Of a stretch of 64,000 nt of DNA, positions 45,498-56,450 are shown piece after piece. Source of the stretch: an uncultured Planctomycetaceae bacterium (GTDB lineage Bacteria > Planctomycetota > Planctomycetia > Planctomycetales > Planctomycetaceae); the NCBI GenBank assembly GCA_963813715.1, contig CAWFAK010000016.1, positions 224,001-288,000 on the forward strand, read 5' to 3'. Numbering within the stretch: position 1 is the stretch's first letter; the number at the start of each line of letters is the position of its first letter. The notes beneath the pieces were generated by a model that worked only from the letters and a program-made list of their open reading frames with translations, did not search any database and was not told the origin of the DNA. The translations under genes were made by a program, and so were the position numbers.

Positions 45498-46289
45498 ATG
45501 CGAAGCAAAGTCTGGACGAGTTTGTTGGCCGCGGCCTGGATCGCCGCCGGTTCTTCCGGCTGCTACTGGGACCAATACAACCATTCCGTGCGGCGGATGT
45601 GGGTCGACTACAACTCGTTCCTCGCGCCGTCCATCTCGTTCGAGCAAGTCGACCACCTGCCGTACTGGGCGCCGCAGGTCGGCTACTATCGCTGGATGTA
45701 CGACAAGGATCCGGGACATCAACTCGCCGCCCTGGGGCCGGTCACGCCGCCGGCCAACTGCGTGCCTCAGATTGTTCCGCCGGGGGATAATCCGTTCGAC
45801 TACCAAGTGGACTTCCCCAACGCGATTCCCCACCAAACCGATCCGTTGTGGGGCGAGAATCAACCCGAACCGATCAACGTGCTGCAGGTGCCGGCGGACG
45901 GCGCCAACGGGACCTCTCCGGCAGGCAAAACACCACAGCAACTGCTGACGGTGCCGATGGCCCCCGTGATGCCGCGGACCGACGGCGACAAATCGAGCGA
46001 CCCTTCGCGACCGACCGGCACGTGGAACCGTTCGTTCCGGCAGTCCGTCGAACCTCCCGGTCCGCCGCTGCCCGGGTCATTCGTACCGGGGTCGCCATTC
46101 CCGGGTTCAACGCTGCCAGGCTTCGATGCGATGCCGTCGCCGCCGAAACCAGTCGACGAAGACGCGGCACCGATGCTCGGGCCCGAAGCGCAGTCCAATC
46201 CGAGCCTGCGCCTGACCACCGGATCGCCGACGACATCAGGCGCTTCCGCCGCCACCGCCAATTCGGCCAACTCACTCTGGCCGCGCTGA
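45498..46289 (+). CDS. Pro-rich hypothetical lipoprotein
   Basis: Signal peptide ending SSGC; low-complexity tail. Confidence 0.65.
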   Translation: MRSKVWTSLLAAAWIAAGSSGCYWDQYNHSVRRMWVDYNSFLAPSISFEQVDHLPYWAPQVGYYRWMYDKDPGHQLAALGPVTPPANCVPQIVPPGDNPFDYQVDFPNAIPHQTDPLWGENQPEPINVLQVPADGANGTSPAGKTPQQLLTVPMAPVMPRTDGDKSSDPSRPTGTWNRSFRQSVEPPGPPLPGSFVPGSPFPGSTLPGFDAMPSPPKPVDEDAAPMLGPEAQSNPSLRLTTGSPTTSGASAATANSANSLWPR

Positions 46290-46695
46290 CGGCCCGTCGG
46301 CGGCGTGGAATGTAGTCGTAGCAATGGCCGACGCCTTCAGTGGCAATGCACTCGCTTCGCTGCACCAGCCGGCTTGCGCCTGTACAGTTGTTGCCTGCCG
46401 CGGGTGATGGTATTCTCCCGGCCGCCGTTGTGTTCGCCTTTGGGACAGGTGAAAATTGACGGCATCAGGCTGGCATGCTTGCGTGCTCTCAGGTTGCGAT
46501 CCTCTTTGCGGCCGCGCTGCTCGCATGGGGATGCGCGGACCATTCGGTTCCGAATGCCGCATTCGCGTTCGTGGGACTTTGTCCTGCGTATTCGCTTGAA
46601 GATGTATCAGGTCCGTTGCTCGGCTCTTTGCGCGTTCCCGTCGGAACGGGACGGCTGGAGGCCGGCGTGGCGGAGCTCTTCTGGCGGAACGGGCT

Positions 46696-48087
46696 ATGGA
46701 AGAAATTCTGAACGGCTATAAGGTCGGCCCCGAAACGTGGCTTTGCCTGTCGTTCTTCCTGATCGTCGCGATCTACTTCCGCTTTAATCGTCTCGCTTCG
46801 CTGCGGAACGGCGACCTGCTCGCGCTCTTGCTGATCTCCCCCGGCATCCTGCTGGCGAAATCGGGTTCCCCCACCGGCTACGTGTGGGTGTTTGCCGTCT
46901 GCGGCGTGTGGATGCTGCGGCTGATCTTCGACGGCTACTTCACGCGCCGGCCGCGGCTGGAACAGAATCTCAACACGCCGGGCCTGACGTTCCTCTGCGC
47001 GGTGGCCTTCATCTTCCTCTCGATTCACGCCTGGACGTCGAACGACGTGCCGGCATCGAGCGTGCAGACGGCGGAGGCCGGCGTCCGCCTGATCAATCGC
47101 CAAGAGGCCCCGCCCAAGCCCGATCGTCCGCATGACGCGGCCCCCGACGACGCGAAAGCCGGTCCGGCTGCGGCCGTTTTCACCGCGCCCATCGTCAAGG
47201 TGATTCCGCCATTGGCGGCGACGATCAGTGCGGAACCCAAACCGGCAGCGTCGGCCACAACGACCGCCATCTATGCAGCCCGCGTCGCGTCGATCATCGC
47301 GCATCTCTTGGTGATCGTGGCGTTGGCCTGTATCGGACGGTGGCACTTCGGCGATCTGCAGATCGGCATGGCGATGGCCGCCTTGTATATGCTGCTCCCC
47401 TGCACTGCGTACGACGTTGGTCGACTCAACTACGTGCTGCCGTCGGCGTTCATTCTGTGGGCGATCGCTTCGTACCGGCGCCCGATCGTGGCCGGGGCGT
47501 TGATGGCGTTCGCCTGCGGCACGCTGTTCTTTCCCGTGTTTCTCCTGCCGCTCTGGTTCTTATTTTACGATCGCCGCGGCGCGGCCCGCTTTGCCGGCGG
47601 ACTGGCGGCGGTGAGCGTGGTGCTGGTCGGCAGCCTGATTCTGACGTCGGCCGACACGACGTCGTTTATCAACCAGATGATCGGCGCCGCCATCGACTGG
47701 CCGGCCCTTTCGTTCCGCGACAATTCGAGCGGCGGTTTCTGGCAGCCGGACATCGCCGCTTATCGCATCCCGGTGTTCGTGGCGTTCTGCGCGGGGACGA
47801 TCGTGATCTCCGTCTGGCCGCGGCACAAAACACTCGAACACCTGATCGCCAATTCGGCGGCGATCATCATCGGCACGCAGTTCTGGTATCCGCAGCAAGG
47901 CGGCGTTTATTCGCTCTGGTACGTGCCCCTGTTGCTGGTGGTGATCTTTCGCCCGACGCTCGCGCAGCTCACCCCGCCGGACTTCACGCGACGCGCGTCC
48001 GTGGAGCAGCCGGCGAGCACGCCGCCCGCGCCGGAGCTGGTCGCCAGCGGAGGACCGGCCGCGGGCGTTCGCGCCCGGTTGCGCTAG
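46696..48087 (+). CDS. Multi-pass membrane protein, possibly GT-C-like
   Basis: Many TM segments with one large loop. Confidence 0.75.
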   Translation: MEEILNGYKVGPETWLCLSFFLIVAIYFRFNRLASLRNGDLLALLLISPGILLAKSGSPTGYVWVFAVCGVWMLRLIFDGYFTRRPRLEQNLNTPGLTFLCAVAFIFLSIHAWTSNDVPASSVQTAEAGVRLINRQEAPPKPDRPHDAAPDDAKAGPAAAVFTAPIVKVIPPLAATISAEPKPAASATTTAIYAARVASIIAHLLVIVALACIGRWHFGDLQIGMAMAALYMLLPCTAYDVGRLNYVLPSAFILWAIASYRRPIVAGALMAFACGTLFFPVFLLPLWFLFYDRRGAARFAGGLAAVSVVLVGSLILTSADTTSFINQMIGAAIDWPALSFRDNSSGGFWQPDIAAYRIPVFVAFCAGTIVISVWPRHKTLEHLIANSAAIIIGTQFWYPQQGGVYSLWYVPLLLVVIFRPTLAQLTPPDFTRRASVEQPASTPPAPELVASGGPAAGVRARLR

Positions 48088-48099
48088 CCTGCCGGTCGC

Positions 48100-48711
48100 T
48101 TACGCCTCGCCCTTTATCCTTCTGCGCGGGATGACCCTGCCGCTCTGCCGCATGTAGTCGCGATATTCGTCGCCGAAGAACTCGCACATCATCTGTTCTT
48201 CGTTGGGGATCCGAACAAAATACATGACGGCGAACGTCACGAACCCCGACCAGCCCGCAAGCCAGTTTTGCAAGAGCAGCCCTTGTGCCAGACCGAACAG
48301 CAGAATCGCGGCATACATGGGATGGCGGATCGAACGATAGACGCCGTGCCGCACCAATTGATGGTCCTTCCGCAGCTCTAATGTGGCCGACCAGTTCTGG
48401 CCCAGATCGGCGTGCGAGTGCCAAAACAGCCAAAGCGCGGCGATCAGCACCGCCGCGCCAGCCCACGGAAAATAGGGCGGCAGAGGATAGTCGGCAAACG
48501 CCAACCAGTTGGTGAATAGATAGATGACCGGGAGCAGAATGCATCCGAGGAAGACAAGCACCAGGAGGGCGAGTTCTTTGCGGTCGAAGCGGCTGACCGG
48601 CCTCTCAATGCCCTTCGCGCGCTCTTGGTAGATTCCGCGAATGACAAGATAGGCGACGAAGCCCACGAGAAAGACGATGTCCCACGGTCGCGTTGGCACA
48701 AAACTTGGCAT
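48100..48711 (-). CDS. Isoprenylcysteine carboxyl methyltransferase family protein
   Basis: LGQNWS, GVYRSIRHPMY, RIPNEE, FGDEYRDY. Confidence 0.92.
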   Translation of the reverse strand: MPSFVPTRPWDIVFLVGFVAYLVIRGIYQERAKGIERPVSRFDRKELALLVLVFLGCILLPVIYLFTNWLAFADYPLPPYFPWAGAAVLIAALWLFWHSHADLGQNWSATLELRKDHQLVRHGVYRSIRHPMYAAILLFGLAQGLLLQNWLAGWSGFVTFAVMYFVRIPNEEQMMCEFFGDEYRDYMRQSGRVIPRRRIKGEA

Positions 48712-48747
48712 ACGTTCGCAGACGGTGAGAGCACCAGGCGGAAAAAG

Positions 48748-49138
48748 CTAAGCGTCCGGAAACTGGGAAGGGCTCAGTCCCAGATCGACGATACTGCACG
48801 CTGCAATCGCGTTCAGCCCCAGCTCGCGGGCTTTGGCCAACAGGGCCGGATTCGCGCTCCCCGGATTGAACCAGATTTCGGCTGCGGGCGCCTTCGCCGC
48901 GATCTCCGGCAAAACGGCGAGTCCAATCTCCGGCCGCAGGTAGACGCTGACGCGATCGAGCCGGTCTGGCGGGGATATCGGCCAGTGAGCGAGACACGGG
49001 CAGTCCCTCGATCTCGCCTCCCGACGGGTTGACCGGATAGACCTCGTAGCCCGCCCGCGCATGCGCGCGGACCGACTTGTTGCCGAACTTCGCCCGGTCG
49101 GCACTCGCGCCGAGAATGGCAACGGTTGGTTTTGACAT
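48748..49138 (-). CDS. CoA-binding protein (YccU-like), frameshift near 48970
   Basis: AILGASADRAKFG, YPVNP, then WFNPG in a second frame. Confidence 0.88.
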
Positions 49139-49169
49139 CGACGTCCCTTGGGACTGTGGACTCTCGCCC

Positions 49170-50213
49170 CTAGCGGGAAGCCAGCGGCTGGCGGGACACC
49201 TCGGCGGCGAAGCGGTCGTACTCCGCTTGGATTGCGTCGCGGTCGGGAGGAGCGCCGGCCGTGACGATCAGGCGGTAGTGCATGGTCAGCGGCGTCTCGG
49301 GCGTCAGCGTCGTCTTGAAGTACGCGCCGAAGCGGCCGTACGGACGCTCGGAATACCGCGAGGGCTTGGGCAGCGACGGGTCCTCGAAATAGGTCACCGT
49401 GTAGGGCTTGCCGTTGATCGAGTACGACATCGCCTCCCAGCCCAGGTTGGTGAACTTGTCCGGGTCTTTCTTGTCGTCGACCTCGAACGCTTGCGGCTGC
49501 TGCGGAAAACCCTTGGGCCGAATGAAGGTGGCCGACTTACTCTCCGCCACCGATTGGGCCGCGCGGAACTGAAAGCCCGCGTGCTGGCGGTCGCCTTCGA
49601 GCACGATCTTGCCGCGACGGCTTTCCAGGCGCGTGGACCAGTCGATTTGCCAGGCGGGCAGACCGCCGGGCTTGCCGACGTTGGTCACGCGAACGGTGCG
49701 GACTTCATCGATGACCGGCTGATCCTTGCCGTCATTCCAGGCGATCTCGGCGGTCATGAAACCGGAGTGGGAGTCGCCCCCTTTCTCGACGAAGCGCACG
49801 TGCCGCTGGTGCGCCCCCTTGATGCAGTGCCACGAGTCGATTTCGCCCCCCTCGAACCGCGTCCGCCGCCAGCCGACAAACAGCCCGCGATGATGGGGGT
49901 AGAGGCCGGCTCCCGCGCCGTTGGTAATCAAATCTTCTGTGCCCGGGCCGAAGATGTGATGAAACACCTTGAACGTTTCGGTCGTCCGCTGCGGCGTCGA
50001 ACGGTCGAAGGCGTACATGTAGCGCAGCACCGGCTTGCCGTCGTACATGAGGTCGGCCGTCCCCTCGCCTGCGCGATCGACCCACTCAAAGCCACCGGCG
50101 GAGTCAGCGGCACCGGCGGCTGCGCGAGCCGCTGCGCCGGCCAGGACGAACGCGGAAACGACCGCGACGCCACACGCCATCGCGCCCACACACCCGAAGC
50201 GAAACAACCTCAC
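49170..50213 (-). CDS. DUF6807/PmoA-like secreted protein
   Basis: YPHHRGLF, HAGFQFRA, RPYGRFG; GTGA coupling to the upstream stop. Confidence 0.7.
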   Translation of the reverse strand: MRLFRFGCVGAMACGVAVVSAFVLAGAAARAAAGAADSAGGFEWVDRAGEGTADLMYDGKPVLRYMYAFDRSTPQRTTETFKVFHHIFGPGTEDLITNGAGAGLYPHHRGLFVGWRRTRFEGGEIDSWHCIKGAHQRHVRFVEKGGDSHSGFMTAEIAWNDGKDQPVIDEVRTVRVTNVGKPGGLPAWQIDWSTRLESRRGKIVLEGDRQHAGFQFRAAQSVAESKSATFIRPKGFPQQPQAFEVDDKKDPDKFTNLGWEAMSYSINGKPYTVTYFEDPSLPKPSRYSERPYGRFGAYFKTTLTPETPLTMHYRLIVTAGAPPDRDAIQAEYDRFAAEVSRQPLASR

Positions 50214-52432
50214 GGTTCGGCCTCCAAAAGACTCTTGAGCTCCTGAATCTGGCTGACATCGGCGACGTGCGCCACGTGGTGCTGATCCTTGGCCAACAGC
50301 CAGTCGCATTCCGCCAACGAATCGGCCTTGCGACCCGTCTGGTAGCACAGCACGGCCCGTCGCCAGTGCTCGAGCACGGAATTGGAATCGAGGACCAGCA
50401 TCACGTCGATGTAGCGGAGCATGGCCTCGGCATCGCTGGCGTCCTCGGCGCTAGCCGCCAGGTTCTTCACCAGGCGATAGAGAATCTCGCGCTTCGATTG
50501 TGGCAACCAGGTCTCGGGCGTCACCGGCACATCGGAAAGGCTGTGCGCCTGGACCTCGGCTTCGGTGTGCGAGAGCCGGCGAGCCGCTTCATAGACGTCG
50601 ATCAACGTCGAATTGTCTTTCACCGATTCCAGCCGCACGAGGTATCGTCCCGGCAGGCCGATCCCCACCACGCTGACGCCGAGCCGACGCGCCAGCTCGA
50701 TATACAGAATCGAGAGGGTCACCGGCAGCCCCTCGCGATCGTCGATCACCTCGTTCAAGTAGCTGTTGGAGCGGCTCTCGAATTCGGTGCGGCAACCGTG
50801 AAAGCCCATCTTCTTGAAGAGGAACTCGTCGAGCGCGGCGAGCTTTGCCTGGTCGTCGGCCTTGGGCTTGAGTCCCTCGCGAATGGTGCGGGCAAAGCCG
50901 TCGATTTCGCGGAGATAGGCGTCGACGTCGAGATCGTCGTTGTCCATGCGGGCGACGAGCAGCGCGGCCCGCAATAAATCGACGTCTTTCTCTGCCTTGT
51001 GATCGAACAGGGCGGCAATATCCCGCTGCGTCCGCCGCGAGCGGAGCGAATCGGCCGCGCGGCGGAGCTGCTTGGCTTCGCGCTCGCGGCGCTCAGCACT
51101 ATTGAGCAGAGCCCGCACGCCGGCGTCGGCATTGGGCAAAAGGTCGGTCAAGGTTTTCGCGTCGGGAGCCTTGTCCTCCTTGAGCTCCCGCGCCAGCCGT
51201 TCGACACGATCGGTTACGTCTGGCGGCGGCAGCACGGAGGGAACGATGGAACCGACGTCGAACCCCTTGAATTCGGCGTGCGTGTCGCGAAAGTTCGCCA
51301 GTCCCGGCTTCCCCTCGCGGAATTCCGCGTCGCTCACTTCGCAGACCAGCACGTCGTTCACGAAGGCGCGAATCGTTTCTTTTTCGACGCGGACCTTGAG
51401 CCGGTTCCATTCGCCGGGCCGATAGGCCGGCGTGCGCACCTCCTTGAGGATGTGCCACGAATAGACGTCGGGCCCGTCGAACCGCGTGAGCCGCATGCGG
51501 CCGTTGGAGGGATAAAAGGCGTAGTGGCGATCGATGTCGTGCATGGCGAACGCCAGGCCGGCCGCTTCGTCTTCGCGTTTCAACTGCACCCACACGGCCG
51601 CTTCATAGGGGACGGCGGGGGTCGGCCGTTTGGAAACCAGCAGCGTGCGGCCGCCGAATCCGGTGCCTGGACCTTCGACGACGACGTGCCCGGCGTGCTG
51701 CCGCCAGCGGCCGCCCATCAGCGGCGACCATTCGTGGCCATCAAGTGCGCCGATCGTCAGCCAGCGATCCATCCGCACCGGGTTGGGTTTCTTGAGCAGC
51801 GGCTTGAGGGCATTGATCGCCAGCGCGAAGCCCAGGTTTTCGGTGATGACCGATTTCATGGTGATCACACCTTCGACCCGCCCCTGGCGATCCAACAGCG
51901 GTCCGCCGCTGTTGCCCTGCTCGATCGGCATGGCGAGCTGCACCATCGGCTTGCCGTCGATCACCCGAATCGCCGAGACAACGCCGCTCACCACGCTGTG
52001 CTCGAGACCGCGGGGATTGCCGACGGCCACGACGTCCTGCCCCTGCTTGAGCGCGTCGGAGTTGCCCAGCTCGAGCGGTTTCAGGTTGTCGGCTTTGACC
52101 CGGATGACGGCCAGGTCCATGGTGCGGTCGGTCGAATGCACTTCCATGACGTCGAGCCGCCGCCCGTCGGCCAGCGTGACGACGATCGGCCGCGCCTCGC
52201 CAATCACGTGCAGGTTGGTCGCGATCAGACCGCTTTTGTCGATGACAAATCCGGTTCCCAGGCTGCTCCGCTCGCCGTCGCGGCCGGAGACGGAAATCGT
52301 GACCGTCGACTCGTTCACCTTGGCAGCCAGCTCGGCCACGGACATGTCGGCCGCCGCCTGCAAGCGCGGCTCGCTGGGGCCGCCGGTGAGCGCCAAAAAA
52401 ATCAGCAGGGCCCCGAACCGAGCGCAACTCAT
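50210..52432 (-). CDS. Trypsin-like protease fused to a lectin-like domain and a SirB1/transglutaminase-like TPR region
   Basis: GTGF, TNLHV, DLAV, GNSGGP; SYLNEVIDDREGLPVTLS. Confidence 0.88.
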   Translation of the reverse strand: MSCARFGALLIFLALTGGPSEPRLQAAADMSVAELAAKVNESTVTISVSGRDGERSSLGTGFVIDKSGLIATNLHVIGEARPIVVTLADGRRLDVMEVHSTDRTMDLAVIRVKADNLKPLELGNSDALKQGQDVVAVGNPRGLEHSVVSGVVSAIRVIDGKPMVQLAMPIEQGNSGGPLLDRQGRVEGVITMKSVITENLGFALAINALKPLLKKPNPVRMDRWLTIGALDGHEWSPLMGGRWRQHAGHVVVEGPGTGFGGRTLLVSKRPTPAVPYEAAVWVQLKREDEAAGLAFAMHDIDRHYAFYPSNGRMRLTRFDGPDVYSWHILKEVRTPAYRPGEWNRLKVRVEKETIRAFVNDVLVCEVSDAEFREGKPGLANFRDTHAEFKGFDVGSIVPSVLPPPDVTDRVERLARELKEDKAPDAKTLTDLLPNADAGVRALLNSAERREREAKQLRRAADSLRSRRTQRDIAALFDHKAEKDVDLLRAALLVARMDNDDLDVDAYLREIDGFARTIREGLKPKADDQAKLAALDEFLFKKMGFHGCRTEFESRSNSYLNEVIDDREGLPVTLSILYIELARRLGVSVVGIGLPGRYLVRLESVKDNSTLIDVYEAARRLSHTEAEVQAHSLSDVPVTPETWLPQSKREILYRLVKNLAASAEDASDAEAMLRYIDVMLVLDSNSVLEHWRRAVLCYQTGRKADSLAECDWLLAKDQHHVAHVADVSQIQELKSLLEAEP

Positions 52433-52552
52433 TCCGATCTCCGGACGGTGCAGAAAAAAACGCGGCAACGACCCCGCGGCATGGAGCGCGGCGCCTCTTT
52501 GCATCTTATCCAGAGTCACGGCGCAGCTTCTACTCGCTGAATGGTGGGTTGA

Positions 52553-52639
52553 GGGTGGCACTGGCGGCTTGTCCGCCAGTGTCTATCTCCACAGTACAAG
52601 CTGCTTAAGACACTGGCGGACAAGCCGCCAGTGCCACCC
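52553..52639. repeat. REP-like inverted doublet, family A, copy 2
   Basis: Same 29-nt arms as 21207-21284 with a different spacer. Confidence 0.9.
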
Positions 52640-52669
52640 AAGGCCTGACGCTTTGCCGTAGACGCACCA

Positions 52670-53851
52670 CTACGAGCGACCCAGCAGCACGTAGCGGACG
52701 CAGACCGGCTCTTTCATCCGCAGCTTTTGCCCCGTCGGCCGCAGTCGGCCCGTGGCCGGGTCGATGCGGAAGACGACCACCGAGTCCGAGTCCTGGTTGG
52801 CGGCCAGCAGAAAACTGCCCGTCGGATCGATGGCGAAGTTTCGCGGCGTTTTCCCCTGCGTCGATTCGTGACCGTCCGGCGTGAGTTTGCCGCTTGCCGC
52901 GTCGACGGTGAAGATCGCGATGCTGTCGTGCCCGCGATTGGCCCCGTAGACGTATTTCCCCGACGGATGCACGGCGACTTCCGAGGCCGTGTTAACGCCG
53001 TGGAAGTCTTTGGGCAGGGTCGAGACGACTTGAATGCGGGAGAGCGTGCCGTTGTCGGCGTCGTACCAAAAGGCAGTGATCGTGCTGTCGAGTTCGTCGA
53101 TCGCGTAGGCGAAGCGGCCGGTCGGATCGAATGCGAAGTGTCGCGGGCCAGCACCCGCCGCCATTTGCACCGTCGGCGGTTGGTTCGGCGAGAGCTTGCC
53201 GGCCTTGGGGTCGAAGCGGTAGACGAAGATCTTGTCGGCGCCCAAGTCGCAGACGAAGGCGAAGTGGTTGGCCGCGTCGAGATTGACCGAGTGCGCGTGG
53301 GCCGCCTCTTGCCGCTCCCGATTCACGCCGTGACCCCGGTGCTGCATCACCGACGAGGCCGGCCGCACGCCGCCGTGTTCGTCGATCGGCAGGACGGCAA
53401 CCGCGCCCCCTTCGTAATCGGCGACGAGCACATTCTTGCCCGCCTTGTCGACGACCAGATGACACGGGCCGGCGCCGCCCGAGGACTGTTCGTTGATTGC
53501 GCGCAGCGCGCCCGTTTCCGGCACGACGGCAAACGCGACGACTCCGCCAGTCCGACGACCGCCGAGCGAAGAGACCTCGGCTACCGCATAAAGATGTCGA
53601 TGATCGGGAGCCAGGGCCACGAAGGAGGCGTTGACGGCCCGACCGGCCAGGTGCGGCTCGCTCACCGTCCCGGTCGCCAGGTCTAACTCCGCGACGAACA
53701 CGCCCGCGGTCGGACCGTTGCCGTAGGTGCCGAAATAAACACGCTCCCGCCCCTCGGCGGCCGAAGCTTGCGCGACTAAAGCCGCCATCAAACCGATCGT
53801 CGCGATCCAGGCAAATAGAATCCGGCAGGCGCGCGAGAAGAGCGATTTCAT
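52670..53851 (-). CDS. 6-phosphogluconolactonase-family beta-propeller lactonase
   Basis: GPCH, HAHS, CDLGAD, GPRH, NRGHDS, PRNF, ANQDS. Confidence 0.92.
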   Translation of the reverse strand: MKSLFSRACRILFAWIATIGLMAALVAQASAAEGRERVYFGTYGNGPTAGVFVAELDLATGTVSEPHLAGRAVNASFVALAPDHRHLYAVAEVSSLGGRRTGGVVAFAVVPETGALRAINEQSSGGAGPCHLVVDKAGKNVLVADYEGGAVAVLPIDEHGGVRPASSVMQHRGHGVNRERQEAAHAHSVNLDAANHFAFVCDLGADKIFVYRFDPKAGKLSPNQPPTVQMAAGAGPRHFAFDPTGRFAYAIDELDSTITAFWYDADNGTLSRIQVVSTLPKDFHGVNTASEVAVHPSGKYVYGANRGHDSIAIFTVDAASGKLTPDGHESTQGKTPRNFAIDPTGSFLLAANQDSDSVVVFRIDPATGRLRPTGQKLRMKEPVCVRYVLLGRS

Positions 53852-53868
53852 GGCGGCAACCTCGGCAA

Positions 53869-54828
53869 TCAGCCTACGAGCAACTCGAACGTTTTGTGGA
53901 AGTAATCGAGGACGCCGGCTTCCGACACGCGGACCGGAACCTCCATGTTGAGGCGGTGCACGGGCGTCGTCATCCGCCGGTCGGCCACCGTCATGCCGCG
54001 AGTCAGCTCGCCGGAGATTTCCACGTCGACGGCCAGGCGGCGGCTCTCGAACAACTCGGGCCGCGAAACCGCGCACAGGGCGACCACCTCGCGAATCGGA
54101 AAGCCTTCGCGTCCCAGATGCTCGTGATAGGCGCGGAAGCCGTAGGTCAGCATGTTTTTCAGAAATTTCCCCCGGCGGCTTTCGTCGTCGCACAGTTTGT
54201 GAATCTGGTCGACGGTCAGGACGGCTCCCCGGGCGATTTCCAGCGGGATCATCGATTTGGTGGCCGGCATCCGCAACACGTTGCGGGCAGCCTCTGGGTC
54301 GCAGTAGATGTTGAGTTCAGCCGAAGGCGTCACGTCGCCCCCGCCGTCGACCGCTCCGCCGAGGCAGATCAAGCGTTTGAGGCTCGGGAGAAAGTCGGAG
54401 TTGCGGTCGCAGGCCCGTTCGACGTTGGTCAGCGGCCCCAAAGTGAGCAGCGTGATCTCGTTGGGCGCGGCCTTGACCAGCTCGCTCAGCACGCGGGCCG
54501 GGTCGCGGATGTTGTGCAGGTCGGCGACTTGCACGTCCAGATCGCCCAGGCCGCCGGGGCCGTTGATTTTGAGCACGATGTCGCCGGCCGGATCGAGGGG
54601 CGGGGCCTCGACCGGAGTGTCGGACATCAGGCCGCCGAGCCGGGGCCACTTGGCCGGATCGAGCGTCTCCACGATCGCTTGGACGTTGCGGGTGGCCGTT
54701 CGCGCGGTGACGCATCCGGCCGTCGCCGTCAGGCCGATCAGGTCGATCTCCGGATCAAACAGCGCCAGGGCGATCGCCAGGGCGTCGCCGATTCCGGGGT
54801 CGGCATCGATGATGAGCTTTTGCGGCAA
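53869..54828 (-). CDS. Inosine/uridine-preferring nucleoside hydrolase family
   Basis: IIDADPGIGD, LGPLTN, AELN..DPEAA, TRGMTV; motifs partly degenerate. Confidence 0.85.
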   Translation of the reverse strand: MPQKLIIDADPGIGDALAIALALFDPEIDLIGLTATAGCVTARTATRNVQAIVETLDPAKWPRLGGLMSDTPVEAPPLDPAGDIVLKINGPGGLGDLDVQVADLHNIRDPARVLSELVKAAPNEITLLTLGPLTNVERACDRNSDFLPSLKRLICLGGAVDGGGDVTPSAELNIYCDPEAARNVLRMPATKSMIPLEIARGAVLTVDQIHKLCDDESRRGKFLKNMLTYGFRAYHEHLGREGFPIREVVALCAVSRPELFESRRLAVDVEISGELTRGMTVADRRMTTPVHRLNMEVPVRVSEAGVLDYFHKTFELLVG

Positions 54829-55205
54829 GGGGGATCCTTTCGCCTCCGCCGGAGCAAACGCCGGTCTGGCCCGGTTTTGTGCCCGCAAAAATTTGTGCCT
54901 GCAAAAAGCGGCCCGGGCAGCGGCCCATTCTACGGAAAGGCTATCACCGCCGCGACAGTCTGCCCGAAAGGGAACCGGGCCCGCGCCACGGTCGACTTAC
55001 GCAGACCTTGTGAGCGAGGCTAGGATGGAAAGAGATGGGCACTCGATTTGCCGCACGCTTACGCCGCTGGCAGCAGTGCGTCGGCGAGGACTAAGCGGGC
55101 GGACTTCGGCGAGCTCGGTCGAGCCGCGAGGACGCCGACCCCAGCCACCCAAGGCAAGCCATTCAGACTCCAGCAATCTCGAAATTGAGCCGATAGCGCA
55201 CCTTC

Positions 55206-56224
55206 ATGGCCGACGCAATCCACAACGCGATCGCAATTCTGATGAAGGAGCGGAGCCTCACTGAAAACGAGACGCATGCGGCCGTCCTGCAGGTGATGGA
55301 CGGCAACGCCTCGTCGGTCGGCTTGGGAATGCTGCTGACGGCCCTGAAGCTCAAGGGCGAATCGGTTGACGAGATCGTCGGCGCGGCCCGGGCCATGCGC
55401 GAACGGGTGACGCCGATTCGCACCAGCCGCTCCGGATTGCTCGATACGTGCGGCACGGGCGGGGACGAGCTGCAGACCTTCAACATCAGCACGGCCACGG
55501 CCCTCGTGACGGCGGCTTGCGGCGTGCCGGTCGCCAAGCACTCCAACCGCAGCTTCAGCAGCCGCAGCGGCTCGGCCGACGTGCTCGAGGCTCTGGGCGT
55601 GCGCGTCGACCTGTCGCCCGAGCGGGTCGCCGGCTGCATCGACGAAATTGGCGTCGGCTTCTGCTTCGCGCCGCTGGTGCACGGGGCGATGCAGCACGCG
55701 ACGCCGGTGCGCCGGCAACTCGGCTTTCGCACGATCTTCAATCTGCTCGGCCCGCTGACGAATCCGGCGTCGGCCGAGTTTCAGCTTTTGGGGGCCGGCA
55801 AGATCGCCGTCGCCGAAAAACTTGCCGCCGCCGCGGCCCGCCTGGGGACGAAGCGCACGCTGGTCGTCTGCGGCAACGACGAGCTGGACGAAGTGAGCCT
55901 GTGGGGCACGACCAAGGTCTTCCGCGTCGAAGGGAATGCAATCGAGACCTTTGATTGGAGTGCCGCACAGCTGGGGCTGCCCGAATGTCGCGTCGCTGAT
56001 CTCCGGCGCAGTCCCCGGCCGAAAGTGCGGAGACCATCCGGCGGCTGCTGGCGGGCGAACCGGGGCCGGCGCGGAACATTGTGCTGGCGAACTCGGCGGC
56101 TGCGTTGATCGCGGCCGGACGGAGCACCAATCCCCGCGAAGCCGCGCAGAAAGGGGCGGCTGCCCTCGATTCGGGAGCGGCGGCGGAGGTGCTGCGGAGG
56201 CTGGTGGAATTCGCGAAAAAATGA
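55206..56224 (+). CDS. trpD: Anthranilate phosphoribosyltransferase, frameshift near 56005
   Basis: DTCGTGGD, TFNIST, AKHSNR, GSADVLEALG, RTIFNLLGPLTNP; C-terminus in another frame to TGA 56224. Confidence 0.95.
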
Positions 56225-56450
56225 CCTTGCGCGGCGTGAAAATCGGTGTCGAAAACTTCGTGCAAAGCGGAAAAGGGAGCGCACTTGGCTCCCTTGCGTT
56301 GGCCATCGCGCACCCTATAATTCGATGAGGTTTCAGTGATTTTTTGGCAACAATCGCTCGGGTCTGCGGGCGAAAATGTGCCGATGAACTAAGATGGGAC
56401 CGGTCGGGCGGGCAGCTCGCGGCTTGGCAGTTTTTAGGTCGGGACGATCC

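Noticed and set aside
54830..55205. Trp leader peptide upstream of trpD
   Set aside because: The upstream ORF has no Trp codons and I see no terminator
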